From a virus (Duplodnaviria; Heunggongvirae; Uroviricota; Caudoviricetes): DNA of 35,991 nt. The position numbers were made by a program, and so were the translations under genes. The stretch lies in the IMG/VR virus record IMGVR_UViG_3300037483_001818; one strand, written 5' to 3'. Positions 17,599 to 24,900 of this stretch are shown piece after piece. Position 1 is the first letter of the stretch; each line of letters starts with the position of its first letter. The notes beneath the pieces are model-generated. The model searched no databases, was not told where the DNA came from, and saw only the letters and a program-made list of their open reading frames with translations.

Positions 17599-18147
17599 AT
17601 GAGCGAAGCCAAGAAGAGCACAGTGAAGGACGCGTTCTTCGTTGCAACAAAGGCGACCTCGCTTGAGGACGCCAAAAAATGGCTCCGCGCGCGTTTCGGC
17701 AAGGGCGCTAGCTGCCCGTGCTGCAACCAGTTCGTGAAATTGTACCGTCGACCCTTTAACAAGAGCATGGCCTACGTGCTGCTCCTGATGGAGTGCTACT
17801 TTCGCGGGGATTCCGTCGAGGAATGGCTGCACGTTCCGAGCTACATCGCCGAAATGGTGTCCGACCATCCGCGTCGCGCCGCAGCCGTGCGTGGCGACTG
17901 GGCGAAGCTGAAGTTCTGGGGTCTCATCGAAGAGAAGCCGGACGTCCGCGCGGACGGCAGTCCTCGCGTCGGCTACTGGCGCCTAACGACGCTCGGCCGT
18001 CAGTTCGTCAAGCGCCAGGTGAAGGTCCCGTCGCACGTCTTCATTTATAACGGTGAGCCTCTCCAGCGCACCGTCGAGCAGCAGATCACGATCGACGACG
18101 CGCTCGGCACGGAGTTTAGCTATGCCGAAATAATGGGGGAGGCGTGA
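17599..18147 (+). CDS. Conserved-looking phage protein, CPCC plus probable winged helix
   Basis: CPCCNQFVKLYRR...WAKLKFWGLIE...GYWRLTTLGRQFV. Confidence 0.78.
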   Translation: MSEAKKSTVKDAFFVATKATSLEDAKKWLRARFGKGASCPCCNQFVKLYRRPFNKSMAYVLLLMECYFRGDSVEEWLHVPSYIAEMVSDHPRRAAAVRGDWAKLKFWGLIEEKPDVRADGSPRVGYWRLTTLGRQFVKRQVKVPSHVFIYNGEPLQRTVEQQITIDDALGTEFSYAEIMGEA

Positions 18148-18305
18148 AGAAGAAGGTGCGCGCTCACAACCTGACGATTCGGATCTCGTCCGACGACTAC
18201 GACACGCTTGTTGCGCGCGCGGAGGAAGCCGGCATGACGCAGTCGGAGTACATCCGCTTCCTGATCCGTCGCGCACGGATCCGCGTGAGCGTGGAGGTCG
18301 AGTGA
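18144..18305 (+). CDS. Ribbon-helix-helix DNA-binding protein (53 aa; below the ORF-track cutoff)
   Basis: My translation: VKKKVRAHNLTIRISSDDYDTLVARAEEAGMTQSEYIRFLIRRARIRVSVEVE; CopG/MobC-like pattern; GGAGG RBS and GTGA coupling. Confidence 0.75.
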   Translation: MKKKVRAHNLTIRISSDDYDTLVARAEEAGMTQSEYIRFLIRRARIRVSVEVE

Positions 18306-18722
18306 TGCCGGCCGACGAAGAAGATCGCTTCGACCGTGCGGTCTGCGGTCGGCATAATCGTCACGACGGCGAAGTTAGCAACTCTCGACGAATGTGCCGT
18401 CATGACGGCTGTCTTGTTGGACGCAGTGACCCTGCGCAATGAGTTTCGCTACGCCAACATGATCGCGTCGCAGCGCGCGTTGTGGTGCCGGGATTATCCG
18501 GGAGCCGAACCGGACACGTGCCGTTACTGTGGTCGGCATTGGCGGCAGTGGGCAGGCAGCAAGCTCGACGGTCACGCGGCGTGCATCGTAACCGAGGACT
18601 TCAAGCAGCGACTCATGGAGCTTCTGCGGTCGCCGACGGTGACATACACCGCGATTGCAGCAGCGATCGGTGTGACACCCGCGGTTGTTCGTTCGTGGAC
18701 CTACCCGATCAGGAGTGGCTGA
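18305..18722 (+). pseudogene. Zn-finger + HTH regulator, apparently frameshifted just after its start codon
   Basis: GGAGG plus TGATG-coupled ATG at 18305 is out of frame with the CRYC/HTH ORF (18336-18722); removing one GCCG of GCCGGCCG (18307-18314) gives MPTKKIASTV.... It could instead be an intact gene starting at GTG 18336. Confidence 0.5.
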
Positions 18723-18727
18723 GCCAG

Positions 18728-18916
18728 ATGAGCGAGATGAGCGAGATGGGATTCACGCTTCATGTTGAGTGCAAGGCATGTCGCGCGCGCCTTGAGCTGG
18801 TGACAGCACCACAAGGGCACGATCGCCACCTACATCTACGGTGTCGTTGCATGCCCGACGACGGGATGCTCTGCGTGATGATGACGCCGCACCAAGCGAA
18901 GGCGGTACGGGCGTGA
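18728..18916 (+). CDS. Small Cys-rich protein (CKAC...CRC)
   Basis: ATG 18728, with ATGAGCGAG repeats giving alternative starts; GTGA coupling downstream. Confidence 0.5.
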   Translation: MSEMSEMGFTLHVECKACRARLELVTAPQGHDRHLHLRCRCMPDDGMLCVMMTPHQAKAVRA

Positions 18917-19305
18917 TCACGTACGCTGAGCGCTCGTGCTTCCACGCCTCGCACCTCCGCCTGTTTTCTCGTGTCGAGGCAGTTGTAGCCCGCATTTCGA
19001 ATGCGTGGGGCAACGAGCTGCGCTGTCATGAACTGGTGCGTGCGGTGCACGTGGTTGTCTACCGTGTCTACGAGCGCGAGCACAAGCTCGACGTCGTCGA
19101 CGGCAAGTGTGGACCGATCGAGCACAGCTGGCTCCGTTTCGCTGACGGTGTGATCCTCGATCCGTACACGCCGGGTCGGCTACCGTCTGTGCAGATCGTC
19201 GATCCGATCGTCGGTATCGCGTATCGACCAGGCTCTCCGCGTTGCGATATCCGGCAAGCGATCGTCGATCGGCTCGTGCTCGAGATGCGCGGCGTCGTCA
19301 GCTGA
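18913..19305 (+). CDS. Hypothetical protein (HSW...ILDPY motif)
   Basis: GTG 18913 coupled; 130 aa. Confidence 0.7.
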   Translation: MITYAERSCFHASHLRLFSRVEAVVARISNAWGNELRCHELVRAVHVVVYRVYEREHKLDVVDGKCGPIEHSWLRFADGVILDPYTPGRLPSVQIVDPIVGIAYRPGSPRCDIRQAIVDRLVLEMRGVVS

Positions 19306-19325
19306 GCAGCCGCATCACAGCAGTG

Positions 19326-19395
19326 CGCGTGCAGTTGCAGTACAATCGCGTGCAAACAATTGCAGTCGCGTACAACTGCACATGCGCAGTGCAGC
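19326..19395. repeat. Phased imperfect repeats CGCGT(G/A)CA with dense TGCA motifs
   Basis: CGCGTGCA at 19326 and 19347, CGCGTACA at 19367 (20-21 bp spacing). Confidence 0.7.
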
Positions 19396-19482
19396 TTTGG
19401 CGTGGTGCTGCACTCATGCTTCTGCGCTGGCGAAAAAAGTCAGCTCCGGGATCGCTCCGGGATTTCTTCGCGGGCGTACAAC

Positions 19483-19579
19483 TTGTTCACAGGGGTTGTG
19501 GAGAATTTAGGCGCGGCTATCGGACGTGATTCCGACGAGGATCTGTTCTCAAGGCATGCTCCATCCACAGTCATCCACA
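19483..19579. promoter_or_regulatory. Cluster of four DnaA-box-like 9-mers
   Basis: TTGTTCACA (19483-91), TTCTCCACA (minus strand, 19497-505), CCATCCACA (19561-69), TCATCCACA (19571-79) versus consensus TTATCCACA. Confidence 0.4.
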
Positions 19580-19646
19580 GGGCTGTAATCTTCGTGCACA
19601 CTTGATCGGCGCCAGTGCGCGGTGTGACCTGGCCGCCCACTCCCGC

Positions 19647-19676
19647 TTGACGGATTGTTCGCAGATTCGCTACGAG
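19647..19676 (+). promoter_or_regulatory. Possible sigma70-type promoter for the replication operon
   Basis: TTGACG-18 bp-TACGAG; weak -10. Confidence 0.25.
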
Positions 19677-19735
19677 TGCGTTCCATGTCGGAACGGTCGA
19701 GCGTTGATGTCAGCCCCGCATGCGAGGCTCTGCCA

Positions 19736-20362
19736 ATGGATCGCTCTGCCAACATCGCGCACCTCGCCGACGTCGCTATCCCGAATGGCGTGACGGACGA
19801 TCCGTTCGACTACGGCGCTGACGCTGATCCGGACCAGGAAGTCGTCGCCCGCGCGTTTGCCGATCTGGACAAGCTGACGCTCCAGGCCGAGCGCCTGACC
19901 GAGCAGCGCAAGAAGGCCGAGGAGCACGCTCAGAAGCTCAAGCAGGCCGAGGAGCAGTTGCTCAACAAGGATATTCCCGAACTGCTCGGCAAGATGCGCC
20001 TCGACGAGTGCGTGACTGCCTCGGGCATCCAGATCAAGGTTAAGCGGGAGATCAAGGCGTCGCTGCCCGGCCACGAGCGTGTCGAGGCACGCATGGGCGC
20101 ACTGCGTTGGCTCATCGAACACGGCCATGGCGGTGTGATCAAGAACCAGGTCTCGGTGGCTCTTGACCGCGGCGAGGACTCGCGCGCCGACGAACTGGTC
20201 GTCGAGCTGCGCGGCAAGGGCTTTGATGTCGAGTCCAAGAAGGACGTCAACCACATGACGCTCGGCGCGCTCGTACGCGAGCTTGTTGCCGATGGCAAGA
20301 TCGTGCCGCGCGATCTGTTCAACATGTTCGACATGCGGATCGCGAAGCTTTCGAGAAAGTAA
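19736..20362 (+). CDS. Conserved phage replication-module protein (gp33-like)
   Basis: Coiled coil, then WLIEHGHGGVIKNQVSVALDRGED...VNHMTLGALVRE...DLF, a pattern I recognise from phage PolA modules; ATG 19736 has a GAGG RBS (alternative start 19685). Confidence 0.82.
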   Translation: MDRSANIAHLADVAIPNGVTDDPFDYGADADPDQEVVARAFADLDKLTLQAERLTEQRKKAEEHAQKLKQAEEQLLNKDIPELLGKMRLDECVTASGIQIKVKREIKASLPGHERVEARMGALRWLIEHGHGGVIKNQVSVALDRGEDSRADELVVELRGKGFDVESKKDVNHMTLGALVRELVADGKIVPRDLFNMFDMRIAKLSRK

Positions 20363-20374
20363 CTCTCGTCTCCA

Positions 20375-20394
20375 GGCGGCGCTTCGGCGCGGCC
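20375..20394 (+). other. cUUCGg tetraloop hairpin
   Basis: GGC-G-GCGC-TTCG-GCGC-G-GCC in the intergenic gap. Confidence 0.4.
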
Positions 20395-20436
20395 ATGAAC
20401 AAACGAAGCAACGAACACAGGAAGGAACGAAGGACT

Positions 20437-21432
20437 ATGCAGAAGCAGGAAGCGGCCAAGAATGGTGGAAGCAAGGACAAGGCCCCGGTGACGGCTCTGA
20501 CGCCTCCGCCGGAGACCCAGGCAATCGAAGTCGTCGATTTCGACTATGGCGATGACGCCGGCCAGGGCTTCGAGAACCAGGACATGTCTGATCGGAAGCT
20601 GCCGATCATCGAGCTGCTTCAGTCGAACTCGCCCGAGGTCGCCGAGAGCAAGGGCAAAGTGTACGCGGGCCAGTTCCGCAACACCGTGACAGGCGAGATC
20701 TACGACGAGGTCTTCTTCACCCCAGCGCTCACGGACCACTGCTGGACGGAGTGGATTCCACGCGACGATGGTGGCGGCTACAAGGGGCGGCACCGCAAGG
20801 ATGCCAAGATCGTCGCAGAGGCAGTCGCCCGCAACGACGGCCGCGCGATCGGCAAGCTCAAGGTGCCGCAGCAGCCGGATTCGAAGGGCAAGCCCCAGCC
20901 CGATCACGAGTTGGTGGAGAGCTTCGAGATCTACAGCATCCTCTACGACGCCAAGACAGGCGAGGTGCTCGGTTTCGCGATGATCCCGTTCACTTCGACG
21001 AAGATCAAGATCTACCGTGCGTGGAACACGGCGATGGGCAACTTCGCTCCGACGTTCTACGGCGTCAAGGACGCCGCGGGGAAGTCGCACGGGCAATTCC
21101 CGTTCGCCGAGGTCGCGGAGAAGAAGGCCGCCGCGGTCGGCGGCACCGTGTATCCGATCAAGTTCGCACCCGGCAAGACGCCGATCTTTAGTCACCGCGT
21201 GAAGATGACGTCGGAGGTCGAGAACAAGGGTCCGCTCACGTATCAGGTCCCGGTGCTCTCGCCGGCCGATGGCGGCGACGATCTCAAGAACTCCCTCATG
21301 GGCAGGAACGATCCGCGCTACGTCGCCGCCAAGAAGCTGCACGACGACGTGCTCGCGGGCCTCGCGAAGGCGGCCTACGAGACGACGAAGCAGGAGCCCA
21401 GCGCTGATCCCGAGTCCGGCGTCCCGTTCTGA
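20437..21432 (+). CDS. Putative phage ssDNA-binding protein
   Basis: LPIIELLQSNSPEV...GQFRNTVTGE...EWIPRDDGGG pattern and acidic C-terminus ending GVPF; AAGGA RBS; SSB function inferred. Confidence 0.8.
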   Translation: MQKQEAAKNGGSKDKAPVTALTPPPETQAIEVVDFDYGDDAGQGFENQDMSDRKLPIIELLQSNSPEVAESKGKVYAGQFRNTVTGEIYDEVFFTPALTDHCWTEWIPRDDGGGYKGRHRKDAKIVAEAVARNDGRAIGKLKVPQQPDSKGKPQPDHELVESFEIYSILYDAKTGEVLGFAMIPFTSTKIKIYRAWNTAMGNFAPTFYGVKDAAGKSHGQFPFAEVAEKKAAAVGGTVYPIKFAPGKTPIFSHRVKMTSEVENKGPLTYQVPVLSPADGGDDLKNSLMGRNDPRYVAAKKLHDDVLAGLAKAAYETTKQEPSADPESGVPF

Positions 21433-21537
21433 GGACCTAACGGTCCGCAAAGTTGCTCGCTGTGCCTGCACGGATGATCGTGCGGGCATTCAACTGTTTC
21501 TCGCTCGCACGGCGAGCGTAGCAAGCGCTACCCGCAC
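21433..21537 (+). ncRNA. Candidate structured intergenic RNA/leader
   Basis: GGACC/GGTCC hairpin; outer stem GTGCGGG (21480-86)/CCCGCAC (21531-37) enclosing CGCTCGC-ACG-GCGAGCG and TAGC-AAGC-GCTA hairpins. No Rfam family recognised. Confidence 0.3.
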
Positions 21538-21558
21538 TCACGAAAAGGAACGGACACC

Positions 21559-21771
21559 GTGAATACGTCCCAGTACCCCGCAGAGACTCGCAAGAGCTAC
21601 AAGCGCGACCAGCGCTCCCCCGCCTACCGCGAGCTTCAGCGTCGCTCGTCCGAAGAGCGCACGAAGCTCGAGACCAAGCTGCGCGAGCGCAACGAAGCTA
21701 TCGAGCGGCTCAAGAAGAAGCTCCTCGAAGCAGGCTTCAAAGAGGACGAGGTCGCGAAGCTCGCGGCCTGA
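21559..21771 (+). CDS. Small coiled-coil protein
   Basis: AAGGA RBS, GTG start, 70 aa highly charged. Confidence 0.7.
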   Translation: MNTSQYPAETRKSYKRDQRSPAYRELQRRSSEERTKLETKLRERNEAIERLKKKLLEAGFKEDEVAKLAA

Positions 21772-21781
21772 GCTACGTTTT

Positions 21782-21854
21782 GGCGGCGTAGATCTCCGAT
21801 GAAGTCGATACCGTGTCCTCCCTAGGGGCGGCGTAGAGAAGGAGATCGATACCG
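21782..21854 (+). repeat. Two bipartite repeats GGCGGCGTAGA-N8/12-TCGATACCG
   Basis: GGCGGCGTAGA at 21782 and 21827; TCGATACCG at 21805 and 21846. Confidence 0.75.
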
Positions 21855-21858
21855 CTAC

Positions 21859-21900
21859 GGCCTCGTCGTCGTGAACAGGACGACGACGAGGCCCCTTATT
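21859..21900 (+). terminator. Perfect 14-bp hairpin, possible terminator or processing site
   Basis: GGCCTCGTCGTCGT-GAACAGG-ACGACGACGAGGCC followed by a weak CCTTATT tail. Confidence 0.5.
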
Positions 21901-21933
21901 ACCCCTGTGGCCTCAACCTGTCTTGAGGTGATC

Positions 21934-22191
21934 GTGAAGTATTCGCCTGAACAAGCGATGTCGGACGGCGGCGTATCACGCTCTCGCGTGAATGCTGACG
22001 ATCGCGTGCTTCGTCTCCATCCGGCTGTCGGTGTCGTGTGCCCGGGCTGCGGCTCGCGGATCGGTAAGCCCTGCGTTTCGACCGTACGCTCATTCAATGT
22101 TGGTACGATTGGCACGCCGATCGAGGGTGTTCACGTCGAACGAATCGCCGCGGCGCGTGAGCGCGCGGAACGCGACCAAGGGGTCACGTGA
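21934..22191 (+). CDS. Small Zn-finger protein (CPGC..GKPC...H.ER)
   Basis: GTG 21934 with GAGGTG RBS (the ORF-track start at 21871 lies inside the hairpin); GTGA coupling to the helicase. Confidence 0.65.
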   Translation: MKYSPEQAMSDGGVSRSRVNADDRVLRLHPAVGVVCPGCGSRIGKPCVSTVRSFNVGTIGTPIEGVHVERIAAARERAERDQGVT

Positions 22192-23420
22192 AGTTCTCTC
22201 CCAACCAAGCAAAGGCACTCGCCGCGATCACGGCATGGCGCCTTGATCCAAACGCAAAGAAGACGTTTTATCTCGCGGGCGTCGCGGGCAGCGGTAAGAG
22301 TACGCTCACGCAGCACGCAGTCGCGGACGTGCGTGGCCGCGTTGTCTACTGCGCGCCGACCGGCAAAGCAGCTCTCGTGATGCAAAGGAAGGGCTGCGAC
22401 GGAGCGAAAACGGTCCACCAGACGATCTATCGGCCGGCCGGCGATCCTCCGTCACCGGAAGTGATCGCGAAGCTACGCGAGGAGATCAAACGGCTCTACG
22501 CGGTGAACGATCCGGGTGCTCGTGCGACGGCCGAGAAGCTCGGCGAGCAGCTGAAACGCTCCGAGGAAGACAGCAAGCGCAAGGGCCCCAGGTTCTCGCT
22601 GAATCTTGAGAGCGCATTGAAGACGGCCGCTATTGGCGTGGTCGATGAATGCTCGATGGTCGATAAGTTCATGGGCCAAGACCTTGAGTCGTACGGCGTC
22701 AAGCTTCTCGTGATCGGGGATCCGAACCAACTGCCGCCGGTCTATGGCTCGGGTTATTTCACGAGCCGGGAGCCGGATGCCTACCTCGACGAGATCCACC
22801 GTCAGGCACTCGACAGCCCGATCTTGCGTCTCGCGGACCTCGCCCGTCGCGGCGAACGTCTGCCGGTCGGTTTAACCGGCGATGGCGTTGACGTGCGTCG
22901 CTACGGAGATCCGACGCTGGAGGAGCGGGCTCTCAAGGCCGAGATGATCATCGTCGGCCGCAACCAGACGCGTCACGCGACCAACCACAAAATTCGGCGG
23001 CTGCTTGGTCGCAACGATCAGCCGTCTCCGGTCCAGGGCGATCGTGTGATCTGTCGTCGCAACAACCACGATCTGGGTCTGCTCAACGGCTCGTCATGGA
23101 TGGTCGACCGCTGTGTTGCGGATCTGGAGAAGATGACGGCGAAGATTGAAGTGATCTCCACGGAGGAGGATCACGAACGCATCGAGTGCTCAACGTGGCT
23201 GCACCACTTCATGGCGCGCGAGAAAGAACTGCCCGATCACAAGCGTCGCGAGCACGACGAGTTCTCGTATGGGTGGGCGATCACCGCGCACTCCGCGCAA
23301 GGCTCCCAGTACGATGACGTTCTCGTCTTCGACGAGTCGCGGCAGTTCGGCAAGGATGCTCCCAAGCACCTTTACACGGCGATCACGAGGGCAGCAAAGA
23401 CGCTGACGGTGGTGGTGTGA
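22188..23420 (+). CDS. Dda/RecD-like SF1B DNA helicase
   Basis: GVAGSGKST, APTGKAA, VDECSMV, GDPNQLPPV, EIHRQA, WAITAHSAQGSQY, YTAITRA. Confidence 0.95.
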   Translation: MKFSPNQAKALAAITAWRLDPNAKKTFYLAGVAGSGKSTLTQHAVADVRGRVVYCAPTGKAALVMQRKGCDGAKTVHQTIYRPAGDPPSPEVIAKLREEIKRLYAVNDPGARATAEKLGEQLKRSEEDSKRKGPRFSLNLESALKTAAIGVVDECSMVDKFMGQDLESYGVKLLVIGDPNQLPPVYGSGYFTSREPDAYLDEIHRQALDSPILRLADLARRGERLPVGLTGDGVDVRRYGDPTLEERALKAEMIIVGRNQTRHATNHKIRRLLGRNDQPSPVQGDRVICRRNNHDLGLLNGSSWMVDRCVADLEKMTAKIEVISTEEDHERIECSTWLHHFMAREKELPDHKRREHDEFSYGWAITAHSAQGSQYDDVLVFDESRQFGKDAPKHLYTAITRAAKTLTVVV

Positions 23421-23484
23421 TGGAGATGACTGACCGCATCCTCTTGATCGCGCCGCGAAAACGCTCACCGTCGTGGCGCCGTGA
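23420..23484 (+). other. Duplicated gene-junction remnant
   Basis: 23420-23449 encodes MEMTDRILLI (cf. VTSRILLL of 24227); 23449-23484 encodes RAAKTLTVVAP-stop (cf. helicase end RAAKTLTVVV-stop). Confidence 0.8.
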
Positions 23485-24230
23485 TGAAAGTGGCTGGTGG
23501 AGGATCAATGCCTGAAAAGATTCGGCGAAGATCCAGATTGGAGATTGTTGCACGTAGTGTCAAAGGCACCTTCATGTCCAAAAAGGAGAAGGAATGTAGA
23601 CACTGTCGGGCAATTAAGTCGATTGATCAGTTTCCAGTTAAACTTGACACGCGACAGAAGTCTTATGGTCCATTTTGCGTGCCATGCCTGGAACTGTTGA
23701 CTAAGCGTGTGTGTGCTTGTGGATGTGGCGAAAGTCTGTCCTCGACCGGAGGCAGCAGTTATGTGTTTGGGCATGATCCGACACTTGTTCGCCATCGACC
23801 TCTTGCCAGGCGGGAAGCTGTGTACAAATGGCACAGCCAGCATCCAGAGAAAATGTTTGGCTATCGAATCAAATATAAATTTGGAATGACAGTCGATGTT
23901 TATAATAAGCTAGTTGAGGCACAAGGCAATTGTTGTGCGATCTGTCGCGCGGATTCTCCAGGGCGCCGTTATCGTTACTGGTGTATCGATCATGATCATA
24001 CGACTGGCGTCGTACGCGGTCTTCTCTGCGGTCGCTGCAACAGCGGAATTGCGGCATTAGGCGATACAGCAGAAGGTATCAAACGTGCGCTCTCTTATTT
24101 TGCGCAGCCAGCTCCGACTTTTCCATGTTCGTCGCCGATCCTCGTTGAAAAGACGGACACTCAGGTTGCTCGTGGTGCTCAGCAGCTGTGCGGTGCGCTC
24201 GATGGACTTTCTACGGGGTTTTTGCTGTGA
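23481..24230 (+). CDS. Free-standing HNH endonuclease, EndoVII family (probable homing endonuclease)
   Basis: QGNCCAIC...IDHDHTTGVVRGLLCGRCNSGI; N-terminal CRHC/CVPC and CACGCG..YVFGH; visibly AT-richer than flanks. Start may be 23481, 23484 or 23508. Confidence 0.9.
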   Translation: MMKVAGGGSMPEKIRRRSRLEIVARSVKGTFMSKKEKECRHCRAIKSIDQFPVKLDTRQKSYGPFCVPCLELLTKRVCACGCGESLSSTGGSSYVFGHDPTLVRHRPLARREAVYKWHSQHPEKMFGYRIKYKFGMTVDVYNKLVEAQGNCCAICRADSPGRRYRYWCIDHDHTTGVVRGLLCGRCNSGIAALGDTAEGIKRALSYFAQPAPTFPCSSPILVEKTDTQVARGAQQLCGALDGLSTGFLL

Positions 24231-24709
24231 CGTCTCGCATTCTTCTCCTAGGTGAAAGCAATCCACTGTCGGGTGACCCGGAGTACGCGCTCTACTGCTA
24301 TCCGCCCGGCTGCTCTGGCCATCGCCTTCACCGCATCCTCGGGCTACCGGAGGAGCAGTACCTCTCGCTTCACCGCAAGAACCTTTGCGACGGCGACTGG
24401 TCGAAAGCTGAGGCGAAGACGCGCGCGTCGGAGTTGCTCGATCCCACGGCGCCGTGGCGTGTGATGGTGCTCCTCGGCCGCAAGGTCACCGAGGCGTTCG
24501 AGAAGGCGGCATGTCTCGACGCGCCGCTGATCGCTTTCTCGACGCGTGCGTGCTGCCCGGGCATGACCCTCGTTTCGCTACCGCACCCGAGCGGCAGGAA
24601 CGCGGCCCTGTGGAACCCCAAGGCGCGCGACCGTGCACGCCAGATCCTGCGCGAGCTTGTTCCCGAGCTGCCGTGGGGCTCGATCGTCGGCGAGGAAGCG
24701 GCGGCGTGA
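24227..24709 (+). CDS. Uracil-DNA glycosylase-superfamily protein
   Basis: LLLGESNP, SGHRL, VLLGRKV, LPHPSGRN motifs; GTG 24227 coupled to HNH stop. Confidence 0.72.
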   Translation: MTSRILLLGESNPLSGDPEYALYCYPPGCSGHRLHRILGLPEEQYLSLHRKNLCDGDWSKAEAKTRASELLDPTAPWRVMVLLGRKVTEAFEKAACLDAPLIAFSTRACCPGMTLVSLPHPSGRNAALWNPKARDRARQILRELVPELPWGSIVGEEAAA

Positions 24710-24900
24710 TCGAGATGGAGCAGCAGCGGCGCCGCGACGGTGCGGAGACGGCACGGGCGATCCGCGCCTTCTTGGCGACGTACGATGGCCGCGTCTCGAC
24801 GTGGCAGGTGGCGATGCGGATTCGTCAGCGGCTGCACAGCGATCTGTACCGTCGTGAGCGCGAGTATCCCGAGTGGGTCGACTACGGCGGTGAAGGATGA
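24706..24900 (+). CDS. Small hypothetical protein
   Basis: GTGA-coupled, GAGGA RBS, 64 aa. Confidence 0.6.
   Translation: MIEMEQQRRRDGAETARAIRAFLATYDGRVSTWQVAMRIRQRLHSDLYRREREYPEWVDYGGEG

Noticed and set aside
19930-21489. 519-aa antisense ORF
   Set aside because: Mirror of the gp33-like and SSB-like genes; no RBS or family signal.
21433-21540. tRNA or hammerhead ribozyme
   Set aside because: No T-loop GTTC(G/A)A or cloverleaf, and no CUGANGA/GAAA core.
21871-21933. Track start of the Zn-finger ORF
   Set aside because: Lies inside the 14-bp hairpin; GTG 21934 has a GAGGTG RBS.
23420-24230. Group I intron or intein hosting the HNH
   Set aside because: Both flanking genes are complete without splicing; no intron core or intein termini recognised.
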